DNA of 61,705 bases, the filler included, from Bdellovibrionota bacterium (GTDB lineage Bacteria; Bdellovibrionota; Bdellovibrionia; Bdellovibrionales; JAEYZS01), in the NCBI GenBank assembly GCA_963169515.1. It is 8 parts of 8 records of this genome, joined end to end, with 100 filler letters (N's around TTAATTAATTAA, not from the genome) between each part and the next. Parts side by side here need not be neighbours in the genome. Positions count along the whole stretch, not along the records: positions 19,351 to 29,660 come from CAUJEF010000014.1; positions 29,761 to 34,861 come from CAUJEF010000015.1; 6 more parts are not named here. The stretch is one strand, 5' to 3'. The notes under the pieces are model-generated. The model ran no database searches. It saw only the letters and a list, made by a program, of their open reading frames with translations, and had not been told where the DNA came from. Numbering within the stretch: position 1 is the first letter of the stretch; each line of letters begins with the position of its first letter. Positions 21,355-31,307 of the stretch are shown one piece after another. Position numbers and translations under genes: made by a program.

Positions 21355-22719
21355 ATGTGCGGAAACAAAAAATGTCGTTGGATTACATCGCTATTACTTT
21401 TAGTCTGTTTTGGACTTATTTTTCAAAATTGCGGACAGGGATTTAAAGCATTACAGTTTACTCAAAATCCTTCGGGTGCAGCACAGAGCCCAACGCCAAC
21501 TCCCACGCCACGACCATCGGCAACGGTAACCCCAACGCCAACGCCAACGCCAACTCCCACCCCAAGGCCATCGGCAACGGTAACCCCAACGCCAACTCCA
21601 AACCCAAATGTTGCCCCTGTGTTAAATCGAACAGATTTTATGACGGGCTTGAGCTCGCCTTGGGATCTTGCATTTACCCCAGATGGCGCGATGCTTTACA
21701 CAGAGAAATGTCGCGGATTATCCGTACGTCGTGCGGACGGCAGTACGGCTCGTCTTTTTGGTACGAGCGGATCTGCAGTTCTTGCGCCAGATTTGATTTG
21801 CAATGGTCAGAGCGGAACTCATGGAGTGGCAATAGATCCGAATTTTTCGTCAAATAGAACACTGTACTTATTCATGCTTTCAAATATTTCTAATCCTGAT
21901 TCCGGTCGAGTGATAAAATTGAACGTAGATACGGGGTATACAACCGTTAGCAACAGGGTGGACATCGTCACAGACATTCCTTACAAATACCAAGGCAACG
22001 AAGTTGCTGGACCTGGCTCACATATCGGTGGACGTGTCCGCTTTGGTCCAGACGGTTTTTTGTACGTCACCACAGGCGACAACCACAATGGTACACTTCC
22101 ACAAGATCTCACAAGACTTGGCGGTAAAGTTTTGCGCATAACTGGGACAGGTGCTGCAGCACCTGGAAATAATACTCCTAATGGTGGAGATCCAAGAATT
22201 TTTACCTACGGCCACAGAAATGTTCAGGGAATTTCGTTTCGCCCAACGACAGGGCAGCCATTTATTTCTGAACATGGACCGGGCCACAGTGACGAAATCA
22301 CACCGATTGTTGCCGGTGGAAATGGCGGGTGGGATCCACGACCTTACGGAGTATCATGCCCATCTAACTATTGTGGCTATGTCCAAAATAAGCCAGGCAC
22401 TCTAACGTCCATGACAGATACGGATCTGTATCCAAATGCGATGCGGCCGACATATAATAATGCCGGCAACTCTCAGGGAACGGGTCCAAATACATTTTTA
22501 AATGGGCCACAATGGAAACTATGGGACGGCCGCCTTGCTGTGGGGGTAATGGGCGCAACCCGCGTCGATATCATTCAAATTGATGAACAAAATAGATTTG
22601 TTAGCCGAACAAATGCAGGATTGCCATCACAAAGACCGCGCTCGATCGTACAGGGACCTGATGGTAATCTGTACATTGCAACTGATGAAGGTTCGATTTG
22701 GAGGATTGTTCCGCAGTAA
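21355..22719 (+). CDS. PQQ-dependent sugar dehydrogenase (soluble GDH/YliI-like) lipoprotein
   Basis: LIFQNC lipobox-like motif, PT-rich linker, LSSPWDLAF, HIGGRVRFGPDGFLYVTTGD, GKVLRI, YGHRNVQG, SEHG; GGGAG RBS before ATG 21355. Confidence 0.9.
   Translation: MCGNKKCRWITSLLLLVCFGLIFQNCGQGFKALQFTQNPSGAAQSPTPTPTPRPSATVTPTPTPTPTPTPRPSATVTPTPTPNPNVAPVLNRTDFMTGLSSPWDLAFTPDGAMLYTEKCRGLSVRRADGSTARLFGTSGSAVLAPDLICNGQSGTHGVAIDPNFSSNRTLYLFMLSNISNPDSGRVIKLNVDTGYTTVSNRVDIVTDIPYKYQGNEVAGPGSHIGGRVRFGPDGFLYVTTGDNHNGTLPQDLTRLGGKVLRITGTGAAAPGNNTPNGGDPRIFTYGHRNVQGISFRPTTGQPFISEHGPGHSDEITPIVAGGNGGWDPRPYGVSCPSNYCGYVQNKPGTLTSMTDTDLYPNAMRPTYNNAGNSQGTGPNTFLNGPQWKLWDGRLAVGVMGATRVDIIQIDEQNRFVSRTNAGLPSQRPRSIVQGPDGNLYIATDEGSIWRIVPQ
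21490..21597 (+). repeat. Two tandem 54-bp units encoding PTPTPTPRPSATVTPTPT
   Basis: Units 21490-21543 and 21544-21597 differ at 4 positions, all synonymous. Confidence 0.9.
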
Positions 22720-22806
22720 GGTTATCACTTTCTTGGAGACGAAGCCCTGCGTTGGAAAGGGGCGAAGTGTGCCAGGGTCCGGAATACCAGACGTCATTCA
22801 GTAAGG

Positions 22807-22840
22807 TTGTCCACATATTGTGGTCAACTGCTGTGGATAA
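22807..22840. promoter_or_regulatory. Cluster of DnaA-box-like sites
   Basis: TTGTCCACA (22807-22815), TGTGGTCAA (22819-22827) and TGTGGATAA (22832-22840, the exact reverse complement of TTATCCACA). Confidence 0.5.
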
Positions 22841-22909
22841 GTCGCCCCCTCTGCTTCTAAATAATTAAGAAACTTGAATCTTTGCGATGAACTCCCTAGA
22901 TATATAGGC

Positions 22910-24433
22910 GTGTTATTCAGTTCAAAAATATCCAATTCTGTCTTAGCTTTTTTAGAGTCACAACGGTTTGGCTTGGAACAATTGTATTCACGATTGGATA
23001 TGCCAGAGGAATTTTTGCGTGATCCATCATCTTGGGTCGAAGCCCACCAGATGGAAGAGTTTTTAAAATCGGCCCAGACCCTTTATGGTCATTTGATCCC
23101 ATCCGAAGAAAGCCTCAGCCTGGTAGAAAAAATTGGACAAAACAGCCCAAAACTTCGTTCATGGGGTGTGCTCGATAGCGTTTTGAAAATGATGAAAACG
23201 CCTGAGGATATTTTTTCGCAACCCGAAAGGCTTTTGTCCTATTTTATTTCGCCACAACCACATTTAAAACTTCTAGAAAAGAAAAATGGAAAGGTCAGAT
23301 TTGAAATTGGCATTGCAAATTATGATTACCCCTATGTTGCAAAATACATAGAGGCTGCGTTGCAATCGCTGCCTACTTTTTTCGGCCAAGATTTTTGTGA
23401 CGTGAAATGGGACGGAAATGTTATAGACGTGACATGGTCACAAACGCAAAACAGTTTATTTGCCGATGCAGAAGTCGGACAAGTAATTCGTCCCGAATTA
23501 TTCCATTCGTTGATTTCCGATCTTGAAAAGAAACAAAAAGAACTTGAGCTGAGAAATCGTGAATTGATCGAAAAAAATCGATTGCTTGAACTTGCGCAAG
23601 AAAAATTAGAGGGCCAATACAGGGAAAAGATCTATTCCGAAAAACTATCCGGATTATCTGAGCTTGCTTCAAGTATCGCCCATGAAGTAAATAACCCTCT
23701 GACCTATGTGACTAGCAATCTGTCGCGTTTGAGTGACTATATAGTTCGTGCACAACAGTTGGTGACCATCTTTGTTGGCCAGGACCGTGAAACTCCGCAA
23801 GTAAAAGAGGCCATGCGACGGATGGATTGGGCATATATTATTCACGATTTTCCACAGGTCGTGAAAGAGGCCCACACAGGTTTGCAAAAAGTCCGAGATA
23901 TCGTAAAAGACCTTTCGTTTTTAACAGGGTCGCAATCGCAGGCAGAAGTGCGAGTGGACACAGATATCAATGCACTTGTTTTACAAGCTGTGAAAATGGT
24001 TTCGGTATCTGCACCGAAATCTGTTCAAATTGAAACCCATTTATTTATGGATCGTGATGTTGCAGTTTATCCTGTTCGACTTGAACAAGCCCTGGTGAAT
24101 GTATTAAATAATGCCGTTCAATCCATTGAGGGCGCAGGAATGGTCCGCGTGGTAACCCGCCCAAAGGGAACCAAAGTTGAAATTGAAATCACAGACACAG
24201 GCGGGGGAATGGACCCTCAAAAATTAAAAGCTATTTTTAAGCCGTTTTATACAACAAAAATGCCTGGCCGCGGAACGGGACTCGGGTTAACCATCTCCCA
24301 TTCTATTATCGAAATGCACAGCGGACGAATTCAGGTCTCAAGCCAGGTTGGAATCGGCTCCACTTTTGTAATAGAACTTCCTACAGATTTACAAATAGCT
24401 ACGGCCAGACAGGCTCGCCCGCTAGAACTCTAG
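22910..24433 (+). CDS. Cytoplasmic sensor histidine kinase (NtrB-like core)
   Basis: H-box [11 protein letters not shown]-box [26 protein letters not shown]; no TM segment. Start is GTG 22910 or TTG 22874. Confidence 0.92.
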   Translation: MLFSSKISNSVLAFLESQRFGLEQLYSRLDMPEEFLRDPSSWVEAHQMEEFLKSAQTLYGHLIPSEESLSLVEKIGQNSPKLRSWGVLDSVLKMMKTPEDIFSQPERLLSYFISPQPHLKLLEKKNGKVRFEIGIANYDYPYVAKYIEAALQSLPTFFGQDFCDVKWDGNVIDVTWSQTQNSLFADAEVGQVIRPELFHSLISDLEKKQKELELRNRELIEKNRLLELAQEKLEGQYREKIYSEKLSGLSELASSIAHEVNNPLTYVTSNLSRLSDYIVRAQQLVTIFVGQDRETPQVKEAMRRMDWAYIIHDFPQVVKEAHTGLQKVRDIVKDLSFLTGSQSQAEVRVDTDINALVLQAVKMVSVSAPKSVQIETHLFMDRDVAVYPVRLEQALVNVLNNAVQSIEGAGMVRVVTRPKGTKVEIEITDTGGGMDPQKLKAIFKPFYTTKMPGRGTGLGLTISHSIIEMHSGRIQVSSQVGIGSTFVIELPTDLQIATARQARPLEL

Positions 24434-24452
24434 ATTATTCGGAGGAACAACA

Positions 24453-25733
24453 ATGAGTAAAATTAAAACCGTTCGCGCACGTGAAATATTAGACAGTCGG
24501 GGAACGCCAACGATAGAGGTCGAAGTGACTACAGAATCTGGGTTTACGGGACGAGCTGCGGTTCCATCTGGTGCTTCAACAGGAGCACATGAGGCATTGG
24601 AACTTCGGGACAAAGATAAAAAACGCTTTCATGGCAAAGGCGTATTGATTGCGGTCCAAAATGTTCACGAAAAAATTCGAAATCATATTGTTGGCATGGA
24701 AGTTACTGAACAAGAAAAAATAGACAAGCTATTGCTAGAGCTTGATGGGACTGAAAACAAAGCCGCGCTGGGCGCAAACACAATCCTTGGGGTAAGCCTG
24801 GCAAGCGCACGTGCGGGCGCGTTGGAAGAAAATGTCCCTCTGTATAAGTATATCGGCGGTGAGGAAGTAAACTATCTTCCCGTGCCTTTAATTAATATCC
24901 TTAATGGTGGTGCCCACGCCAACAATGGTTTGGACGTTCAAGAGTTTATGATTGCCCCTGTTTGTGGTGGAACATTTCGTGAATCTATCCGTTCTGGATC
25001 TGAAATATTTCACACCTTAAAGTCCATTTTGAATGACAAGGGCCATTCCACGGCAGTTGGTGATGAGGGCGGATTTGCGCCTAAATTAAAAAATAACAAA
25101 GAAGCGTTAGAGCTTGTATCAATGGCCGTAGAAAAATCTGGTTATAAATTGGGAGAAGATGTTTTTTTGGCCCTTGATGTAGCCGCGACTGAATTTTTTG
25201 ATTCTGGTAAATACACATGGGAAGGTAAGAAAATTTCAAGCCAAGACGTCGTTGATATCTATGCATCATGGACAAAGGAATTTCCAATCCGAAGCATTGA
25301 AGATGGGATGGCCGAAGATGACTGGGATGGATGGAGAGCGGTTTCAAAATCGTTGGGTTCAAAGCTACAATTGGTCGGGGATGATCTGTTTGTGACAAAT
25401 CCAAAAAGAATAAAAAAAGGAATCGACGAAAAAATAGCCAACGCAGTTCTAATCAAGGTTAACCAAATCGGATCTCTCACTGAAACGTGGATGGCTGTGA
25501 AAATGGCCCAAGATGCAAAATATTCAACCGTCATGTCCCATCGAAGCGGGGAAACTGAAGATACAACAATTGCAGATCTTGCAGTTGGGATGAATTGCTC
25601 ACAAATTAAAACGGGATCAGTTTGTCGGGCAGAACGAACTGCAAAATACAATCAGTTGCTTCGAATCGAAGAAGATTTAGGCAGTCGCGCAAAATTCTGG
25701 GGTTCAAAGGCTTTTAGACAGCGCCTCGGTTAA
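24453..25733 (+). CDS. eno: Enolase
   Basis: [50 protein letters not shown]. Confidence 0.99.
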   Translation: MSKIKTVRAREILDSRGTPTIEVEVTTESGFTGRAAVPSGASTGAHEALELRDKDKKRFHGKGVLIAVQNVHEKIRNHIVGMEVTEQEKIDKLLLELDGTENKAALGANTILGVSLASARAGALEENVPLYKYIGGEEVNYLPVPLINILNGGAHANNGLDVQEFMIAPVCGGTFRESIRSGSEIFHTLKSILNDKGHSTAVGDEGGFAPKLKNNKEALELVSMAVEKSGYKLGEDVFLALDVAATEFFDSGKYTWEGKKISSQDVVDIYASWTKEFPIRSIEDGMAEDDWDGWRAVSKSLGSKLQLVGDDLFVTNPKRIKKGIDEKIANAVLIKVNQIGSLTETWMAVKMAQDAKYSTVMSHRSGETEDTTIADLAVGMNCSQIKTGSVCRAERTAKYNQLLRIEEDLGSRAKFWGSKAFRQRLG

Positions 25734-25749
25734 ATAGTGCCTTGGCAAT

Positions 25750-26202
25750 TCAAAGGTCGATGGTCCGGACGGTGCATTTTTTTAGGTTAAACGTACCCGA
25801 AGAACGAAGCGTTTTTGGATCTGATTGTCCAAACCCCCCGTAACCATCTTCCATTTGGTACTCTTTCAAATATCCTGTAACAACATCGCCGTCGAATTTT
25901 AGATAGATATCTATGTTGAAAGATGCATTTCCGCCAGGGATAGAGTCATTGTTCTCATTGAACACGACTTCATTTTCATTAAGTAAAATTCCTGCAACAT
26001 CAAGCGATCTTTTTCCGATATTGAATTCTTTAACGAAAGCGAGGTCCCTGTTGATTGAGCTAAAGATCAAAATGACATGCTCGATGCTACCATCTTGATT
26101 TGTGAGCGTTCCTCGGAAACATTCTGGGTAAGTCGTGATTGAGGCTAGGCCTGTTGATGTAACAAAAAATAAACTTAAAATTGCTGCTAAAAAGTGTTTC
26201 AT
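25750..26202 (-). CDS. Secreted hypothetical protein
   Basis: Signal peptide MKHFLAAILSLFFVTSTGLA; beta-strand-rich; two Cys near the termini. Confidence 0.65.
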   Translation of the reverse strand: MKHFLAAILSLFFVTSTGLASITTYPECFRGTLTNQDGSIEHVILIFSSINRDLAFVKEFNIGKRSLDVAGILLNENEVVFNENNDSIPGGNASFNIDIYLKFDGDVVTGYLKEYQMEDGYGGFGQSDPKTLRSSGTFNLKKCTVRTIDL

Positions 26203-26501
26203 TGGAACCTTTCTGTGAACTGCCTAAGGACATGGTTTTAGCGATCTATGCTGCAACCCGCAATGAATTTAGCCAACCCTGAAAATTCACTAAACCATTG
26301 GTAATTTTTGGAGCGGTAACTTTTTGAAACTAGGGACAATTTGTGTCTTTTCGGTGATTGTATTACCGGAACAGTTATAACCTATCAATAATAGTGGATT
26401 ATTTTCACTAAAGCTCAATTAAATAGAGTGGTTTTTGCCATAACGCTATACTCCGTAAGCCTTTAATTTGACGAAGAAATGGCTTTTAAGGGCACTGACT
26501 T

Positions 26502-26517
26502 TGGTATAGGTTTTGCT
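26502..26517 (+). promoter_or_regulatory. Putative sigma-54 (-24/-12) promoter
   Basis: TGGTATAGGTTTTGCT has exact GG-N10-GC spacing with TTGCT, about 85 nt upstream of the ATG at 26603. Confidence 0.6.
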
Positions 26518-26602
26518 GCCTTTAATAGAATTATTTGAGAAGTCACATTCTTAAACAAATTTAAGTAATTAGGAAAAGAAAGAATTAAGAGGAGGATCTT
26601 AC

Positions 26603-27673
26603 ATGAGGACGTTACTGACGCTTGGGTTGGTGCTTGGGCTTGCGATGACCGCTGCACAGTCAGCCGATGCAAAGAAAAAGCAAACTTCGAAAGCAAAAAC
26701 TGCTGCTACGAAGACTGCTAAGAAAAAAATAACCGCAGTCAAAACGGCTCCCGCACCGATTGTTGAAAAGGCCGTAGTACCTGCGGATGCCACAAGCACT
26801 GCGAATGCATCAGCGGTTGCTCCGGCTGCAAAGGTTAGCAAATGGGCGCTCAGTTTTTATACTGAAAACACCATGAACTTGGATAAAGTCGCTGACGGGC
26901 AAGTCGGCAAAGCCGGTGGTGAAACCCTTTATACATATAACTACCCACGCATCGATTATAAGGCGAGTGACAAAGTAAAGGTGTCTTTATTACAAGAATT
27001 TGACGCAAACTTAGGTCTCGCGCAAACAGCGACTGGCGAGACAACTTTTTACGATACGCAATTTCGCTTGTCTCACTCTTCAATCACAAGTCTAGGTCCA
27101 ATTAAAGTGAACGGCCAGTTGCGTGCTTACGTTCCAACCAGTCAGGGATCACAGGATGCAGGGCAAATCTTGATGCTTCGCCCGCTGTTAACGCTTTCAT
27201 TGCCTGCTGACAAATTAACCTTGAGCTACAACATCATGCCACGCTACTACATCCAGCAGTTCAAAACCAAAGATGCTAAAAATGATGACGGGTCATTGAA
27301 ATTGAACGCGGATGGAACTGTTGCTCAGAAAGGTAACTCATACGTCCGTCTTCACCAATGGTTGGGTGCTGAATATGCAATCAACGACGTTTTTACGGTT
27401 GCTGGCAGCTATGGTTATTATCAAGGTTGGTGGTATAGTGATCCATCGGTTGGTGTTTCTCAAAAACGTATGGAAGGCATTACGGCTGATTTATATACAG
27501 ACATTAATGTCGCAAAATGGGTTTCTTTGAGCATCGGTGTTCAAACTGAAGATCCAATGGGTGGCGAAGGCGCTGTTATGAAGGGTCAAGGCGGATCGTC
27601 AGCTACAAAAACAGTTTTTGATGCCCGTGCGCTTGAGTACAAATTCGCAGCAACTTTCAGTCTGCCGTTGTAA
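26603..27673 (+). CDS. Probable outer-membrane beta-barrel protein with Lys/Ala/Thr-rich N-terminal linker
   Basis: Signal peptide, low-complexity linker, amphipathic strands with aromatic alternation, ends YKFAATFSLPL; GAGGAGG RBS. Confidence 0.7.
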   Translation: MRTLLTLGLVLGLAMTAAQSADAKKKQTSKAKTAATKTAKKKITAVKTAPAPIVEKAVVPADATSTANASAVAPAAKVSKWALSFYTENTMNLDKVADGQVGKAGGETLYTYNYPRIDYKASDKVKVSLLQEFDANLGLAQTATGETTFYDTQFRLSHSSITSLGPIKVNGQLRAYVPTSQGSQDAGQILMLRPLLTLSLPADKLTLSYNIMPRYYIQQFKTKDAKNDDGSLKLNADGTVAQKGNSYVRLHQWLGAEYAINDVFTVAGSYGYYQGWWYSDPSVGVSQKRMEGITADLYTDINVAKWVSLSIGVQTEDPMGGEGAVMKGQGGSSATKTVFDARALEYKFAATFSLPL

Positions 27674-27695
27674 TATTTAAAACAAAGGTCTAGTC

Positions 27696-27729
27696 AAAAA
27701 AAGGAAGCGCTCAAGCTTCCTTTTTTTTT
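27696..27729. terminator. Rho-independent terminator, symmetric and possibly bidirectional
   Basis: A7-GGAAGC-gctcaa-GCTTCC-T9. Confidence 0.9.
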
Positions 27730-27752
27730 GTTCTTGATGTCGGTATTATTGA

Positions 27753-28058
27753 ATGATGTTGCGAAATTTGGTTGATGCGCTAAATGATTTTCTCAATAAT
27801 CCGCGACGGGTGTTGATCGTTTGTCTTGTCTTTGTTCTTGTTGCGTTACTATTTGATGGAACTTTAATTAAGATATGGAAGCTCAACCAAGACATTGCAA
27901 AGCTCGAAAATAACATCATTGATGTCGGGCAGGCCAATCGCAACGTACGGATGCAAATCAGCCAAGCGAATGACCCACAGTTTATTGAACGCGAAGCGCG
28001 CGACCGTTTCGACCTGGTCGAAGAAAACGACCTCGTCTTCGTCTTCTCCGCCGAATAG
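27753..28058 (+). CDS. ftsB: Septum formation initiator FtsB/DivIC family
   Basis: One TM segment, coiled coil, DPQFIEREARDRFDLVEENDLVF motif. Confidence 0.85.
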   Translation: MMLRNLVDALNDFLNNPRRVLIVCLVFVLVALLFDGTLIKIWKLNQDIAKLENNIIDVGQANRNVRMQISQANDPQFIEREARDRFDLVEENDLVFVFSAE

Positions 28059-28164
28059 GGTAGGCCGTACCTTTTTGATGTGCACATAGTCATTAAGCTG
28101 TACATTGGAATGACTTTGTATTAATGACTATGCGTGTCCTAAAAAAGGGAACGGCGTACCTTTT

Positions 28165-29660
28165 ATGAAGAAGCTTTATCTTGTTGATGCCCCAAATATG
28201 TTTTTTAGGGCCTATTATGCAATACGGCCGCTCAGCAATTCTAGGGGCATTCCTACAAATGCGCTTTATGGTTATCTTTCAATGACCGTAAAACTGTTAA
28301 AAGAAATCAAACCAGATTACTTAGCTTACTGTTTTGATACTGCCGAACCCACATTTCGAGACGAGCTTTACGAAGGCTACAAAGCGAATCGAGATGAAAT
28401 GCCAGATGATCTTTCTCAGCAGATGCCATATTTCCATAAAATTACAGAGTGCCTTGGTATTCCCATATTTGAAAAATCCGGTGTCGAAGCCGATGATTTG
28501 ATCGGGAGTTTGGCGACCTTTGGGCGCAAACATGACCTTGAAGTTATGATTGTTAGCGGTGACAAGGATTTTGCGCAACTTGTGGACCCCTTTGTAAAAC
28601 TTTACGATACAATGAAAGACGTCGTTTATGACATTGACGGCGTCCAAGATAAATGGGGAATTCCGCCAGAAAAAATGATCGATTATTTGGCCCTTGTGGG
28701 GGACGCATCAGACAATATCCCGGGTGTTGATGGAGTGGGTCCAAAGACGGCGGTAAAGTTGCTTTTGGATCATGGTGACTTGAACGGGATCTATAAAAAT
28801 TTGGAAAGCATTAAAAGCGATAAACTGCGTGAGAAAATAAAACTGTCAGAGGAAAACGCCTATTTGTCGCAAAAGCTTGTGAAAATTATGACGGACCTTG
28901 ATTTGAAAATTAAACTCGACGATTTAAAACTAAGGCCCTTGGATCGGCCCAAAACGGAAGCGCTTTTTGAAGAGCTTGAATTCAAAACATTTGCTAAAAA
29001 AATTTTGGGCGACACGCCTGCGGCAACACCAGTAGCCCCCGAAATAAAACCCAGTGAAGTTGTGCGGGTTGAAACAGACAGCGCGCCGTTATTGCTTGAG
29101 CTTGATGTGACTGCTGCAGAACTGGCAGCTGAAGTTAGTAAGGGCGATACCCTGTGGGGTGTTTACACCGAGCGGGGAGTCTTTTTATCTGATCAAAAAA
29201 AAGTGTTCATCATAAAAGATGATATGGAGAAATTGGGTTCTATTTTGTCGGACTTTCAAATCAAATGGAAGGGCCATGATTTAAAAGAATTTTGGAAACA
29301 TATTTCACTTAAAAATCCAATCCCAGTTTGGGATCATCACATGGCGGCTTATGTTGTAAAAGCAGGCGAGGTTGGAAGCTTTGAATCCGTATATAAAGAT
29401 ATGTTCGCACGAACGCTGCCGGATTTCCCAACCCCGGCACAAGTAATTCAGTCCCATATGCAGCTGGAGCAAAGGTTGGGCGAGAAACTAAAAGAAAAAA
29501 ACGGTATTAAAGTTTACGAAACAATCGAGCTTCCTTTGATTCCAGTTCTCTATTCCATGGAGCAATTAGGGATTTATGTCGATTCAAAAATATTGAAAAA
29601 TCAGAGCCAGGGTTTATCAAAAGACATATTGAGCCTTGAAAAGCAGATTTATAAACTGAG
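28165..29660 (+). CDS. polA: DNA polymerase I (contig-truncated at 3' end)
   Basis: FRAYYA, PTNALYG, YKANR, EADDLIG, SGDKD, GDASDNIPGVDGVGPKTA, then IELPLIPVLYSME leading into the polymerase domain. Confidence 0.96.
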
Positions 29661-29760
29661 NNNNNNNNNNNNNNNNNNNNNNNNNNNNNNNNNNNNNNNN
29701 NNNNTTAATTAATTAANNNNNNNNNNNNNNNNNNNNNNNNNNNNNNNNNNNNNNNNNNNN
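29661..29760. other. Artificial contig-join spacer
   Basis: N44-TTAATTAATTAA-N44. Confidence 0.99.
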
Positions 29761-30569
29761 ACGATTTCATCGATGGCGTTCTTAGCCATCAAAAAATCTT
29801 TTGTGTAAACAGGAATATGTAAGATGTTTTCCTTTCTGTAAGCCCTATTATATTTTGTAAAAGAGTATCTCCAAAGGTCTGCTGAGATCTCTGCTCTCAA
29901 ATTTTTTACGATAGCGGCATCGTAAGTAGCGTCAGATAGTTTATCGAAATACCGAGCGTAAATATTAAATTCTGTAAGTATGCGTTGCTCCGATTCAGTA
30001 AACGTATGTGGGTCACATTGCTGATCGATTATGCACTGATCTAGTTTTTGAATCATGGATCTGAGATCTAATTCCGAGCCTACATCCAATAAAAGATTTG
30101 CGCCGTCGAGAATTCTCCAGCGGTCATTCGAAAGTATATATTGAAAGTTTTTCGATAGCTCAGCCCATTTGATTTGGCTTGTGCCGATAGCTTTCATTTG
30201 GTCGTACAGATCTTCCCACGATTGAAGCTCGAAGGCCCACTGATCTGGCTGTTGGATGAATTTATAGGTTTTCCAAATTTTTGTTGGGCCGAAGGTATCA
30301 AGTTCGTGATATTGGCCTGGGCTATATTGGTAAGTATAAGGTGACTTATAATAGCGTTTGATTTCGGCATCGTGTTTTTCGAGCGCTTGAGCAATCTCTA
30401 ATTTTAATGTGTGTTGCTTGTAATCGCAGGCGTAAAAGTTGTCTTGCCGCGATTCAAGTTCGTGAACCTGGCCGACAAAAGAATTATCATATTGAGCAGC
30501 TTTCTTTTTTTGACCGCAGCCAAAAGCAGAAATTAAGGCAAGTATTAAAAGGTATTTTCTTATGGTCAC
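29761..30569 (-). CDS. Hypothetical lipoprotein (contig-truncated at 3' end)
   Basis: Signal peptide ending ISAFGC; frame open to the contig edge. Confidence 0.7.
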
Positions 30570-30764
30570 GGTGCCTTATATAAAATTATTTCGAGGCTTC
30601 AAAATGGCAAAATCATCAAATTTTCCAGATGCAATGTATGTGTGTCTTAGGACAAAAACAGGCATTTTTTTGTAGAACTTTCAGAGTCGTATAGGTTTTA
30701 GACACTTCCATGCGAGCAGGGCTGGGTATTGGCGTTGCAGTTGTTACGGACAGGGAGATAGACC

Positions 30765-31187
30765 ATGCAAAAGTTTGTTGGAAAAATTTGGAAGGTAGCT
30801 TGTTTGTCAGGTTTGGCAATACTGTGGTTTTTGGCATTTTTTTACCCTTCATTTTCTGAAGCATTTATTGCTAATGATATGGGCGACGGCGTGCTTGAGC
30901 TTACAACTCGGACAGATCAGGGTTTCCTTGTCCGCTCTGTAGCTCGACTTCAGTCTGATAAGGATAAAAAAAAGATGATCTATTTTTGTATCTCTGAGAC
31001 AAATGGCTCTGCTCAAAGGTGTTTTTATGGTCTTGAGCGCGAATTCAAAAACATAAAAGAAGGCGATAAAATGCTCGGACTCCAATATGATCTTTCTGAG
31101 CGACTGCACAACAATAAGAGACAAATTCCCATCGGAGAGGGGCGCTACTTTTACTCCGTCAGAGTGATTAGACCCAGCGCGCAATAA
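30765..31187 (+). CDS. Hypothetical exported or membrane-anchored protein
   Basis: GGGAG RBS and hydrophobic N-terminus; 140 aa. Confidence 0.6.
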   Translation: MQKFVGKIWKVACLSGLAILWFLAFFYPSFSEAFIANDMGDGVLELTTRTDQGFLVRSVARLQSDKDKKKMIYFCISETNGSAQRCFYGLEREFKNIKEGDKMLGLQYDLSERLHNNKRQIPIGEGRYFYSVRVIRPSAQ

Positions 31188-31307
31188 AGGTCTTCCTTGC
31201 TCTATATAACTTCCTAAAATTAAAATAAGTTCAGGGACTTATATGTCCTTCAGCTCCCGTTAACTGATAGCAATTGGAGTTTGAAAACACTATACAAGGA
31301 CGTATAA

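Noticed and set aside
22807..22870. Chromosomal origin oriC
   Set aside because: Only one perfect box in a short intergenic region, and no origin-associated genes nearby.
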